From Rhina ancylostomus (Eukaryota), in contig JARFYF010000029.1 in assembly GCA_030265395.1 (NCBI GenBank), forward strand, positions 14,276,663 through 14,340,662: a DNA stretch of 64,000 nucleotides. Direction: 5' to 3'. Each line of letters begins with the position of its first letter. Positions within the stretch are counted from its first letter, which is position 1. A program made the translations under genes and the position numbers. Of this stretch, positions 51,791 to 64,000 are shown piece after piece. The notes under the pieces are model-generated. The model saw only the letters and a list, made by a program, of their open reading frames with translations, ran no database searches and was not told the origin of the DNA.

Positions 51791-54728
51791 AACCCACCTA
51801 AGCAGTCTGAATTGTATGGGATAAACACTGGTCAGGTGGTGGGAACTGGCTCTGGGACCTTTCATGTTTCTCCAAGAATAATCCCTTTCATCCACTGTGC
51901 TCTTCTATGTTAAAACTCCATCACCACCCAGTTATGTACTCAAAAGCACAGGTGATACCTTTATGCCGCTTTCTCTGTACATGATTTTTTATTTTATTGG
52001 CTCTGATTCCATATCTGAAGGACGAAGGTTGAGATTGGGGGGGGGGGGGGGGGAGTCCTAGCCTAACCNNNNNNNNNNNNNNNNNNNNNNNNNNNNNNNN
52101 NNNNNNNNNNNNNNNNNNNNNNNNNNNNNNNNNNNNNNNNNNNNNNNNNNNNNNNNNNNNNNNNNNNNCCGAGCCTCACCTCTTCCATCACCACAGCTGC
52201 ACTAAACCTATGTGGCAGTGGTGCTCCAAGTATGTTCCCAGCGTTACCACTGTAGCCCAGCCATGAGGGAGAGCAGGCCACGAATAGTAATTAAGCCACA
52301 GGCGACAAGAGCCAAGACCCTGCTCCCTGAGCCCACAGATGGCCATCTGGCAGCCTCTGCTATCTCAAGGTCTCTGATGATCAGATTTGGGGATAAAATG
52401 AATAATTAAAAAAATTAAATGTAATTAAGCAAGTTAAAGATGCAAAATTTATTTTAAACATTGAAGCTTTTGCCAATTAATTAAAAATGCAAACATATAT
52501 TGAAATAAAGAAAAATGAATAAAACATTTGACAAGAACTTATCCTTTAAATGAAGGTCAGTGACCCCATTCAAATGCCTGATGCAGCTGGTGACAACCCG
52601 AGGGGTCAGTTTTGAAGGATATCCAACTCTTCAACACAGCAAAAGGGAATTCCCCCTGACTCCATGGTGAGCCCAGGGGCAGAGTGGGTGCTTGGATGTG
52701 CACCCATCTGATATCCAACATGATCCCGATGTCCACCCATTATTTTTTTCTCTAGCACTCTAATTGCAGTTAGCTGCTTCCAATCCACCAGTCTCCAATT
52801 AGCCCCGTGCTCTCCCTGCCCTGGGAGTGTGTGATGGGACAAGGTAGGAGCTTTGCTCTGTATCTAACTTGTTTTTTTTTCTCATAGCCTTTATGCCCAG
52901 GATCTCAGTTTGTACATTTTGTGCGTCTCTTCTTTGTTATTTAAAAACACAACCATATTTACATATTTACAATGTTTTCAAGCTAAAATGCAATCCTCCT
53001 TGTCCTGATTCTACTCCAGTCCCTGGAGGACCTCCAGCAAGCCATCTCCCTCTCCAGGCCACCAGGCATTGGTGTAGCCTTGGAAAGGGGCAAGCAGTCA
53101 GCTTGGACAGGTCCATTGTTGGCCCATTGCCTGAACCAGGATCAAATCATTGAGGAGGTCCAATGACTGACTTGACCTCTTTCAAAATGGGAACCCAAAG
53201 ATCAGATGCACCAACACCTGCACTGCAACAAGGCTTTGAACTACAGAGCCTCATGCACTACAGCTGCCTGCCTATTTCCCCTGGACCCACCGGCTGGCTG
53301 TTACCATGTTCCGGCCTATCGTAAAAAATAAAAGTAAAACTAAGTTCTGGAAATCCAAAGGAAAAGCAAAAGAACTGAATATTATACAGCAGCCAAAATA
53401 AGGCATTGGATTGCACCATTGTACATTCCCTTGCACCAACATCCCTAACATGGACTGTGAGAGGCTGGATTGTTGAGGTACCACCACCTGTAACAGCACA
53501 CAGAATACCAAAGACCTATCAGAGAGCCTGTATTGTGCAGATTCCTGGGGTGGTAAATGCTTTGTGAGATCACCTTTCCTTATCATTGAGTACAACATTT
53601 GCAGTATTTGAGTAACTGGAATAAAACATGGCTTGAAGAGTTCAAGCTTTGAAGTACTTAGAGACATCCTCATTCAGGGCAAGGAAACTAGTGAACTGAA
53701 TTCCCTGTCCTGCTTTATTTTATAAAAGGAAGACTTGCATTTAGATTGTGCCATTCCTAACTTCAATGTGTCCCAAAGTGCTTGACTGCGTTGAATTACT
53801 GTATTGAACAGCAAAGTTCTACAATGATATCAACCTTTCAAGAACATTTCTGACTATACAGCTGTTTTCTGTCTGACCATATAACATTCTCTTGTAAGCA
53901 AAGCAGTCATTTTATGGTTGACCTAAAGCACTTGTTCTAAGTCCATTTTAAGGTTAGTTAACCATTCTGCTGCGTCTGAGGAAAGGAAATGTATCTCTGC
54001 AATGTCACCGTTGAATTTCTATAAGAGGAAAATTGTCAGCGGTTCATAGTTTCATCAGATTTGCCACAGACACATTCAGCAGATATCCAAATGTACCATT
54101 CATGCAGCAAGTCACCATAATGATAATGCCTAATTCAGAATTGATTTAGAGCCAGAAGTCTTAATTGCTGAATTGGAAATTAAATGTCGAATCTGACTGC
54201 AGCAATGATCCCACTAGTAGATCAAACATGATTATCATATACTCTAACAGGGAAGCAGATAATGGCATCATTGAAATTTTCTGAGAGACATTTCTTGAAA
54301 TTTGACCAAACTGGACGAGAAATCCAAAGTTGAATCTTATGTTATTAATAAGTAGTTAATATGTGCTTAGTTGGGTAATATTAATGCACATTATAGTTTA
54401 ATAGGACTAACTACATCCTTCATTTAAACAAAATACTTACTGATTATAACCAAACATTCTGAAATTCGCAGTTCCTTAGATGGATTCATGTTCGATTTCT
54501 ACCATGTCAGGAATTAGTACATATCCTCTTGGCATTCAAGACCAAACTAACTGATAACACAAGCTAGTAGGTGAGATGAGGTGTAGGTTTTTCTTCACTA
54601 TCCTGGGGCAGCAGCTACTCTTCACTGTTTCCATGCTTATTTTGATACTGATGAGACTGGAAACTGTGTATCTGAGGAATCAACAATAAATTCTACACCA
54701 TGATCTCTGAAAAANNNNNNNNNNNNNN

Positions 54729-55101
54729 GTTTATTAAATTATGAGACTCATAGGTAGAGTAGGTAGTTGGTATCTTTTCCCCAAGGTCAAAATGTCTAAT
54801 ACTAAAGGGTGTGCATTTAAGGTGAGGGGGGTAAGTTCAAAGGAGATATACAGGGCAAGTTTTTACACAGAGTGATGGGTGCCTGGAATGCGCTGCCAGG
54901 GGTGGTAGTAAAGGCAAATATGATAGAGGCATTTAAGAGGCTCTTAGATAGACACGTGAATGTGCAGAGAATGGAGGGATATGGACTTGTGTAGGGAGAA
55001 GGGACTAGTTTAGTTCAGCATTTAATTACTAGTTTAATTAGTTTGGCACAACATAGTGGGGCAAAGGGCCTGTTCCTGTGCTGTACTGTTCTATGTTCTA
55101 T
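54729..55101 (+). mobile_element. CR1 3' end with simple-repeat tail
   Basis: tttttacacagagtgatgggtgcctggaatgcgctgccagggg...gggcctgttcctgtgctgtactgttctatgttctat; same family as 1076-1775. Confidence 0.9.
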
Positions 55102-58100
55102 GGTAATTTTGTGCAATAATTTGACTTAAATAATCTTAATGAAATAAGTAATTGAGAACTTAGGTTATAAAATATCAGTTAACTCAATTGAGCAGGTTTA
55201 ATTCCAGGAGCAAATGTTAAAGTGCTTCACAATTAAAGGCTGAGGTAGGAATTACAAAACAAAACAACAGTGATGAACTTTGTACTACAATCTGATGCCT
55301 AATAAACAAACCAAGCTTCATATCAGTGAGACAACAGAGTGCATCTACCACTTAAAAACATGAAAAGTGACTTTTTGTTCAGTGAAGTGTGTGGGTATTT
55401 GACAAATATTTACAGACACATCAATGATTGGGTTGTTCCTGTGTCAGTTTAACCCATTCCCTAGCTTGGCTAACTCCAGTGTCATTGAACATGGCAAAAT
55501 GCTATTAAATACCTTACTGGCCACAAATAAAGTACTGAAGGGATTTTATTATTCCCTGAGTGCCTTTAACAGCTAATTACATTGTTTCTACATCTCTCTG
55601 ATCATGACAGATATTTTAAGAACTGCTCAAATGCATTTAAGTCCTAAAAATATTAACTAAAAGAAGGAAATTGCCAATGGTCTGTCAGCTAAGGGTAGGT
55701 ACAAACTGGCCCAATGTTCAGTCACAGAAGATAAAAGCAAGCAGGAAAGTGCTGCAAATTTATGCCAGTGTCTAATAAAATGCAACATACACTAATATAA
55801 CAAATAACCTGCAGTGTATTAGAATCAGGACCTTATTCAAAGCTATTTCAAAGCTAGTAACAATCTCAAAAAAATTTTGTCTGTAAAAAAGCTTTCCAGA
55901 TATCCAAACATTTAATTTCTAGTGACATTATTATAGTAACCTTGTTTTGACACTAATGCATCTCAGCAGATAATTAAAGAAAATGTAGTTTATTAGACTG
56001 CATTTTCATTAAAAATCACACACAGTTTTAATGAAGTAATACAAATTAAAATAAGCAAGTTTAGGTGTCCCTGACCCAACGAGATTAACAAGTTGTCAGT
56101 CCAGTGCCTCAAATAACTTCCATTCTAATTAAAAGTAGAAGCCTTTTGCTTGGATCAATGAGATTGTTTGCAGGTAATTATCACTGTCCTTGTGGATGAA
56201 GATTTGGACTTGTTACTTTGTTCCTGTCGAGAATATTTTCAAGATTTTCAAGCATTAAGAGAACCAAACTTTATCCTTCTGGATCAATTTGTTTCAGTCT
56301 AAATTTTTTAGCGACAATATGTACCATTTATTCCTGGACTATTATTTATTCACAATAGATTTAAAAATTACATTAAAAAATTAAGTGATTTCACTAATTT
56401 TTCTGAACCTCACATAATACTCATAGAATAGCTACAACTTCAAGATCAAAACTAGACCTTGGGTTTTACACAGAGTTGGGAAAATTGATGATCCACTGGT
56501 GTAGATAGGGGATCAGGGTGGCAGAAAAACATCTGGAAACATAAATTAGTTTTACTATACACTTCTTAAACACATCCACTATGTTTTAAATGTCAATGGG
56601 GTATTCTAATTCAACTGCTCCCCCAAAGGCGATTCCTCGTTTCCTAATTCATCCAGTGCAGGAACATAATCGACTNNNNNNNNNNNNNNNNNNNNNNNNN
56701 NNNNNNNNNNNNNNNNNNNNNNNNNNNNNNNNNNNNNNNNNNNNNNNNNNNNNNNNNNNNNNNNNNNNNNNNNNNTGCAGGAACATAATCGACTTAAATG
56801 CATTTGTTTTATCATTGAAACCCAGGAGACAATCAACCTGTGAGTGCCACCTCTGAGATTAACCTACAATGTCTGCTGTAATTTTCTATACACTCTTCCT
56901 TATCTAAAGTAGTGTTGCTAAATAAAGCAGGACCAGGTTACAAATATGTGCCTCCCCTTAAAGGGAAGATACCACTAAAAATATTGAATCTAACAAAGAA
57001 ACATCCCATTTTAGGATAATGTGGAAGGGTTCTACAGAATACAACGCCAGGCCAGCGTGGCCCCACTCCAGTTCTTTCTGGACATTGCTTTTTATGAAGT
57101 AATGTCTCAATCATTAACTGGTGTTAAAAGTACCAATTCAGATTAAGCCTGAAGGAGCAACAGCTCTAGTGACTGCCCAGAGGTCTTGTTCACCTAAACT
57201 TACATAAAAATATCATGTGATCTGACTAAAGCAATGAACTCAGGGTATGTCATAGTAAAGATGTTAAAATGTCTTAGTACATAAAGTTTAGAGAGAAATC
57301 TTTCAAGAGCCCCTGCTATTTTTCAACTTCCTACTCCTTTGAGACCTTCTTAAAAAGCATCATTTTGAATAAACATTTGGTGATTGCCAACTATCCTAAT
57401 ATCTGCTTGAACCCAGCATTCAATATTGTCTGATTAGACATGAAATATTGTTCTACATTTAAAGATACTAGCAGATGACATGATTGACACATGTAAATGA
57501 AGGGGGACATGGATTTAAACTACAGGGGAGCTAGAAAAGATTAACTAATATCAGCACGGTTTGCAGATGAAAGACATGAAATTTGTGCATGGGATCTTCT
57601 GGTTGAGATTGTGCATGAATTTCTTGCTACCTGTTCGTCACTGCAGTTTCAACAACTATTCAGTGCTCTCTAGATCACCCAGTTCAAGGCTTTTTGAGTC
57701 AAGATTTACCTTTAGCCATCCATTAGACTTCTCCCTCTCCATAATGGACCACCCAGCTTGTAGGTTTGGTGACTTTGGCTATAATCCCTCATCATTTCCC
57801 TTCTCAGATTTCCTTTCAAAGCTTCCTGTTGGTACTTTTGGCAGGGGTGCGGAGGATCACTGGTTGCACTTGGTAGTTTATGGTTATGCAATATTCAAAC
57901 CCCTCAAAAGCTCTCTATTTACATTTTGATGTCAAATAGCTGCTGTAAAATGACAGTCCTTGATGTCTCTTTGGTCTGGTGTGGTCATTTAAATTTGGAC
58001 CACGCCACAGACTGATGCAAAATGAAGGTAAGGTGACTGCTTTCTGGAAACTGGGAAGTGACCAAAATGGTGCGCTAACAGTGCTGGCACACCCGCTCTC

Positions 58101-60534
58101 TGTTCAGGGAATCAAAGATCTTCTGATTACAGGATGCCTCAGAATTCATATAAGGCAATACGAGATGAGAGTGGTGAATGGTGCCCTGCACCATTAGGAA
58201 GTTTGCAAGCTTCACAAAGCTGTATTTTGCTACTGGATGCTGCTGACTGCTGTTCTCCTGGAGTAGAGAATGTTCACATGGTCTCTAACAAAGCAGTGTG
58301 CTACAGAGTGAAACATGGTGGTTATCCACATTCTGGTCTGGAATGATCCAGGAGCATAGAAGCTGAAGGCTACTGTGAACTTAAAAACCAATGCCGTCTC
58401 AGTCCTGCTGTGCAGCTGTAGCTGAACCTCCAGCCTCTGTTCTGCAGCCTTCTTCTCCCTCAGCCTACCATACTGCACTCTCAGGCAAATGATAACCAAT
58501 GCTCCCATGTCTGAGAGCAACAGATTTTTGAAGACATTCCATTTTATTTCAGACAAATTAATTATTTTACCCTACTCCTGAAATTTTATTCGTATTTGTT
58601 TGTGAGAGGGAAATGTTGGCACATCAGTCCTTATAGTCCATCTTGATTCATCCTGAGGGACCAGAGCCATCTGTCTGTCAGATCAAGTTGGGTGGCACAT
58701 TTTCTACTCTGAAGAACTTTAGTGAAGTAATTGTTTTAACATCAGACTAGTGAGTTGTGAATGGTATGGCACACAGACCAATTTTGAAACAGTTTCAATA
58801 TTTATTAGGGTTTTTACACAGGATTTCTGTATTTCGAAGTTCAGCATCATAACTAAAAGGATACCATGTCCCCATGTGCTAAAAGCAGTGACTGGGACTG
58901 AACATGGACAACTGCATTTAAACAAAACTGCAAAACTTTCTTAAGTAGGATACAATGCTAAAAATAAGGCTAATCTTATGGTGCTTGTTATGCAATGCTT
59001 TTTTTTGTCGGCTTTCTAAAGTGCAGTTGAACACAGTTGAACATAAGCTTCTTCCTAGACATTACTCCTTAAAGGGGTTACATCTGAATCGTTAACTACA
59101 GATGAAATAATAATGGCTTATTTATGATTAATGGATATTTAATGAGGTAATATTTTACTTTCACTTTAATACACAACCAACTGGGCTGACCTAAAAAAAA
59201 CAAATAAAGTATCTCCCAATTAAGATATAGCATACCTGTACCAACGTATATACACTGGGGATTAATTATTATCTTATAACAATTTCTCAAATGAATTACT
59301 TAATCAGCTATATTAAAATTACCTTCAATTTATATTAGTTAACTAAAGGCAAGAATATAATAAAGTTGTGTGAATAGCAAAGAAGCAAAATGCAATATAT
59401 AAAGATATATTTATGTTTTATATAACACGAGGCTTATAAAATCATGAGATAAAATAGTTCTTATCCCATAACTACAGATATTTCCAGTTTACATGAATCA
59501 AGGTCCCAAATGAACCACATTGGTGCCAGCTGAAAATACGGTAGCTGCTTTCTGGGACAAAAGTACCAAAAATACAGCTGGGCTTCATCTGTCTAATTAT
59601 AATGTTCACTGGCATTGCCTTTTGGCATCTGTTCCCAAATTGCTTATCAGTTTTAGAGTGCACAACATATAGCCTCACTTTATCACAACTGGCTGGAGAT
59701 GGGCCTTATCTAAATAGCATTGATACATGATGGCAAAGCTCAAATTTAGATGACATACTGCATTGTCCAAGCAGTGGTGTGACAGAACAGGCATGCATGG
59801 ACTATCACCATTATCAACTGGAAATATCAAAGGACAAAAGAAACCTAGTTCGTTGATACTTCACAATACATGTTTTATTGATCAATAATCATCAGCACTC
59901 ATCAGCTCAGGGTAGCTGTTCTGGCTCTGTATATGCCATTTGAATGTCCTTCAGTATGTACACCATGTCACATACATTGCTTACTATAACAAGTCTTAAC
60001 CAGATGTATAAACTCTACATCATCATTGTGATAAATAATTTAAGTGGCCAGGTGATAATAAGAATACCCACATGAAGCATTTTCTCATTTACCTGAGTAT
60101 GGAAAATTAGATATTATGATGTGTGATATTGCTGTTTTACACCAGTTTCCTGTACTCACATTGCCAGATCTCTTTCTTGGCAAACAAATTTACCCATTTT
60201 TAGACAACTTTTTTTTTACTTATGTTACCTGCTTTAGTATTTTTAACTCAGTTCATTGTGTGGATGCTAAAAATGTGCACAATGGAACTCAACCGAATAC
60301 CTACACAGAGGCGAGTTTGTGAGTACCTATTCATTCCTGTTAATTACAGCTTCACACTTTTGTCATGTTACCAGCATAATAATATTGCAGAGTAGTTAAA
60401 CTCTCACTTCTTGTCCAATGTCTTTTTTTTAAGTAAAATTACTGAATCCTTTAGAAATGAGTTTTATTATAGCTTTGGCATTGATTTATTTTCAGTTAAA
60501 TCGAGCTGTTTTATTATAGCTAAATAGTAAAACG

Positions 60535-61120
60535 TAGACAAAATAAGAAAATGCTGGCACCGCTCAGCAGGCCAGGTAGCATCTGTGGAGAGTGAAACAG
60601 AATTAATGTTTCACATTTAGCCCCGTCATCAGAACTGGGTAAGTGAGAAAACAAGTTACGTTAAAAGTTGTATCTTGGGTGGGTTGAGGGAGAGGGGTGG
60701 GGGGTTGGGGTGAGTGGTCAGGGAGTGGCAGGGAGCATTAAGACAAACAGAATATCTTTCATCAGGTCAGTCTAGAGTTGCTATGGAAACAAACTACAGA
60801 TGAAGTCATTCAGTTTATGGGTTGATGAGAACAGTAAGAGAGAGAAAAAACATGAGCAAAGGAACGTTAAAGCTATGAAATGACGGCAGTTAGAGAGAAC
60901 CTCAGCCTTTCAGAGATAACACTCTTGTTTATCTAACCCTTCCCTAATTACCTTGCACCTTAACACAAACTTATTTTCTCTCTTTGCCACTCCTGACAAA
61001 GGATCTTCAGCCTGAAATGTTAGTTCTGGTTTTCTTTCAACAGGTATTGCCAACCTACTGAGAATTTTGCAGCATTTTTGTCTTTATTTCTTAATTCCAC
61101 CAACTGCAATTTTTGTTTTG
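60535..61120. mobile_element. Degenerate Penelope-like element with both inverted arms
   Basis: Left arm agaaaatgctggcaccgctcagcaggccaggtagcatctgtggagagtgaaacagaattaatgtttca; right arm tgaaatgttagttctgg...ctgagaattttgcagcatttt. Confidence 0.6.
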
Positions 61121-62061
61121 ATTTTCAATAACTATCAACATTTCCTCCTCTAACTTTCTATTTTCATTCCTTCCATTTTTTTACCCATTTTATAAGTACT
61201 AAGTTTAGTCTTGTTCACATTTCAGTGTTAGTCTGGAGATTCCTTTAGTTACTTTCCCCTGTAAGAACGCTTTTGAAACAGCTTTACCGGGAAATTCGCA
61301 TAGTCCACCGCAACAGTCCATTGTGAAGACAGCTAAGAATGTTGGAGTCACTGCTAGTTTTAGAGTATACCATTGCTAATCCTAAATAACCCCTATATAC
61401 ATCAGTATCTACCTAAAGAATGATAGCGCATGAAACTCAGGCTGAATGTTGCAGCTATATTTGATGTGTCATCTTTGCATCACAAAGGTCTGTTGTTTCC
61501 TTCTGTGTATTTTAATGACTTTTTTCATCATTTTTGGACGACACACATGCCATTTCATAATTCCTAAATAACAAATGTGGCTTATAATGGACTAATATGG
61601 CAGTCCAAATTTGAAATATTGCACAGCAAAATGCTATGTGATTTCACATCAGTTGCTGTTAATCTTTGGGTGTTGACAATTAACAACATACATTATCACC
61701 CCATGTGTGATTAAGACATATTTGAGAGTTTTGTTTCAACCATTGAATTTTTATGACTAGCAGAGAGTGGTTTATAAAACCATGACTGCATCAACCTTTC
61801 TTTGATTAAGGAGACAGGAGAATCTGAATAACCATTTACACTTTCACAAGTCACATCATGTTTCCATGAAGAGTGTAACAAGTTTTCATTCTTTGTTATT
61901 GAACTTCTCACAGAGATTAAACGTGACAGCAGGTTAATATGGATGCAACTCTCTTGCATTGGTCTGACCTGACTGTAGAACTAGATATTCAATAAGTCTT
62001 AATAAATGTTTAAATAGCTTTTTACAAAATGTTGTCCTCATTTTTTATTCCCCTGACTCAC

Positions 62062-62145
62062 ATTATTCTTCACTATGAAGAGCAAAAGGGCACCTGGCTT
62101 CGTAGACACCACAATGAACTGCTTCAGCATTTCTTCCAAAATGAC
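62062..62145 (-). other. Candidate internal exon (84 nt) of an unidentified transcript
   Basis: Strong acceptor tttttttccctatag| and donor AAT|gtgagt. The phase-0 frame is open (VILEEMLKQFIVVSTKPGALLLFIVKNN). No homolog recognised. Confidence 0.4.
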
Positions 62146-62402
62146 CTATAGGGAAAAAAACAACATTCCTTAGTCAGTTTTCCTACTGTTCTTTGATATT
62201 CTGGTTAAAGCTGGCTAAATGCCTCCCCTCCCCATGGAAAAATCAAGGGGTAAATGTCAGTCAAATTTGCGCAGTTGGAAATCTAAAGCTGCAGCTTTGT
62301 AGCTGCCAGCAGAATATGACAGCTGTGTTCATACATGCCTTTACTGAAGCTTTTATAATAAGCTTTTAATTAAAATACAGTCAACATTCGCCTCCTGCCT
62401 GC

Positions 62403-63133
62403 TGATGATAGGCTGCCTTTGAGGGAAGTGGTGCAGGCCAAGGGGCAACCTGCCTCTGTCTCCTGGGTAGCCATGCATGGTATGATTAAGATTAGGAGGG
62501 TTGACTAACAGTTCTTATAATTACAGATCTATTGCTGAATCCCAGACTCCAATGGCAGTCTAACTTGGTTCTCCCTGAAAATAAGCAAAAAAAGTGCAGA
62601 TGTTGCAAGTTTGAAATAAATACAAGAATAAATACAATAAAGACTCAGCAGCATCAGTGGAAAAAGATACAGAATTAATGTTCAGGAACTGACGAAAGGC
62701 CATCAACCAGAAATGTAAACTCTCTTTCTCTCCCGAAGGTGCTGTAGGATCTGTTGAGTATTTGCGGCATTTTCTGTTTCTATCCCTGAAATTAATGTTT
62801 TGATGAATTACTGCCAATGAATAATCGCATCTTACAAAGATAGGGAGGGAGTGAAAACTGGGATGGCTGCTCTATCCTGCTGTCCAATGTGGATTGGCAC
62901 CAATGCTTCATTGCTCTATGACCTCACTTCCCCCATCTGTGGGACAAGATGGTGAATGTTGGGAAAACAATGGAATTTTTAACAATATGAATTCCCTGTC
63001 TGAAAAGACTTACAACTTTTTCCTTTCATTTTTATTCACATGAGTTGATAAGATATTCATCTTGGCTACCCAGGAGACAGAGACAGGCTGCCCCTTGGCC
63101 TGCACCACTTCCCTCAAAGCCAGCCTATCATCA
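62403..63133. repeat. Long inverted repeat: arms 62403-62473 and 63063-63133 (71 bp, 3 mismatches, no indels)
   Basis: The reverse complement of the left arm is tggctacccaggagacagagGcaggTtgccccttggcctgcaccacttccctcaaagGcagcctatcatca. The right arm is tggctacccaggagacagagAcaggCtgccccttggcctgcaccacttccctcaaagCcagcctatcatca. Confidence 0.95.
62590..62785. mobile_element. Old palindromic Penelope-like derivative inside the spacer of the long inverted repeat
   Basis: gtgcagatgttgcaagtttgaaataaa...ctcagcagcatcagtggaaaaaga... and ...ctgttgagtatttgcggcattttctgttt. Confidence 0.55.
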
Positions 63134-63320
63134 AACAATGGCAAGGACAAGGCTGAGAATTTATCCCTTTGGAAGAAATGAGGGACAGAGGTCTAACTGC
63201 AGATATGGCCAGCAGTTCCAAAGTGGTGGTTTTCATAAAGGGAAATGGGGATAGTTCTTCACTCAGTTTGCATCCCATCCTCTCTCACAGTGAAAGACAA
63301 GGTGAATGTCTTATCCAATC
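63014..63320 (-). other. Candidate exon (307 nt, or terminal exon) of an unidentified transcript
   Basis: Very strong acceptor ctttttcctattgtttttattcacag| at 63321, donor GTT|gtaagt at 63013, and minus-strand AATAAA at 63031-63036. All three frames close within the exon. Confidence 0.4.
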
Positions 63321-64000
63321 CTGTGAATAAAAACAATAGGAAAAAGTTGTCTTTTCAGACAGGGAATTCATATTGTTATAAATATGTTTACAAATCCATA
63401 ATGATTTGGATAGATTTCTTTTTTGTACTGTGTAGTTCACAGAGTAAATGTAATGCTTCATTAAAGCTCATGTTTTTTCCATGTGGCTGCACAATATAAA
63501 CATGACGGAACATTATGTAGAGAAGGTCAGAGGTCTCACAAGAGTACAAAATAAGTCAGCTATTAAAGGGCAGATATTTAACACTAAACCTTTAAAAGTA
63601 AATGTTAAAAATATTTGTACAGACATTGTAACAGGATAGATTTAGTCTCATTTTGTTCTTGTGTTTTATTTCCAACACCACCCCTATGCCCACCCCCAGC
63701 CCCATTGATCTTTCTAGGATACATTTTTGTGATTGCCAAAACTCTTCTAAAAATTTGGCAAATGGCTGTTTTTATTTGTAAAACTGGATACAAATGCTGG
63801 CAAGCTATTTAATTAAGCTCTATGTTCTCATCTTAAGTATATGTATAAGCATTATTCAGTAGGAGACACCGAAGTAAAAGGGAATGGCTTTCTTGGGGTT
63901 TTCCACCTGACTAGATTACACAAACCAAGGCAAGTCAGCAGAATGTTTTTTTCCAAATTATCTTAAGTCTATTTTGCATCCTTTCAAATGTTCTCTGTGA

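Noticed and set aside
56657-56794. tgcaggaacataatcgact duplicated on both sides of a 100-N gap
   Set aside because: Same pattern as at 23.6 kb; probable assembly overlap artefact.
40552-58556. Protein-like ORFs or acceptor sites at 40552-40911, 46673-46912, 51155-51489, 53272-53330 and 58230-58556
   Set aside because: No recognisable homology and no consistent donor or phase chain; not distinguishable from background by eye.
62062-62145. Phase-1 reading GHFGRNAEAVHCGVYEARCPFALHSEE* loosely recalling the NRG4 C-terminus
   Set aside because: Only a few scattered identities, and no EGF or transmembrane exon is visible in the window.
63060-63110. Plus-strand WL.GD....PL pattern suggesting a Harbinger transposase motif
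   Set aside because: It needs a frameshift, no other DDE motifs are nearby, and the segment is better explained as an arm of the inverted repeat.
1-64000. CRISPR arrays, operons, rRNA or genuine tRNA genes
   Set aside because: The DNA is vertebrate and intron-containing; no repeat-spacer arrays were seen, and the only A/B boxes I found belong to a SINE head.

Overview
Eukaryotic, AT-rich genomic DNA from a draft assembly with many N gaps. The repeat content (CR1, Rex1/Babar, RTE, V-SINE, Deu-domain SINE and Penelope-like families) points to a cartilaginous fish, probably a batoid; this is inferred from recalled repeat families, not from a search. The only protein-coding gene I can identify with confidence is TUBGCP4 (gamma-tubulin complex component 4) on the minus strand. 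Five consecutive exons, equivalent to human coding exons 2-6, lie between 2681 and 8122 with canonical splice sites and consistent phases. Its first coding exon is not visible in the sequenced part of the window. Most of the remainder is intronic or intergenic DNA full of decayed retroelements, and almost all ORFs in the supplied track are spurious, TE-derived or run through N gaps. Three structures are not explained by these features. (1) A 71-bp, 68/71-identical inverted repeat (62403-62473 / 63063-63133) pairs a candidate minus-strand exon with its downstream intron and brackets a poly(A) signal and a splice donor. (2) A frameshifted fossil ORF with a periodic RDAAREQIALL-like coiled-coil repeat lies at about 28.4-28.8 kb. 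(3) A solo LTR with a 5-bp target-site duplication has a second copy 12 kb away. TE boundaries are approximate and family names come from motif recognition, not database searches.
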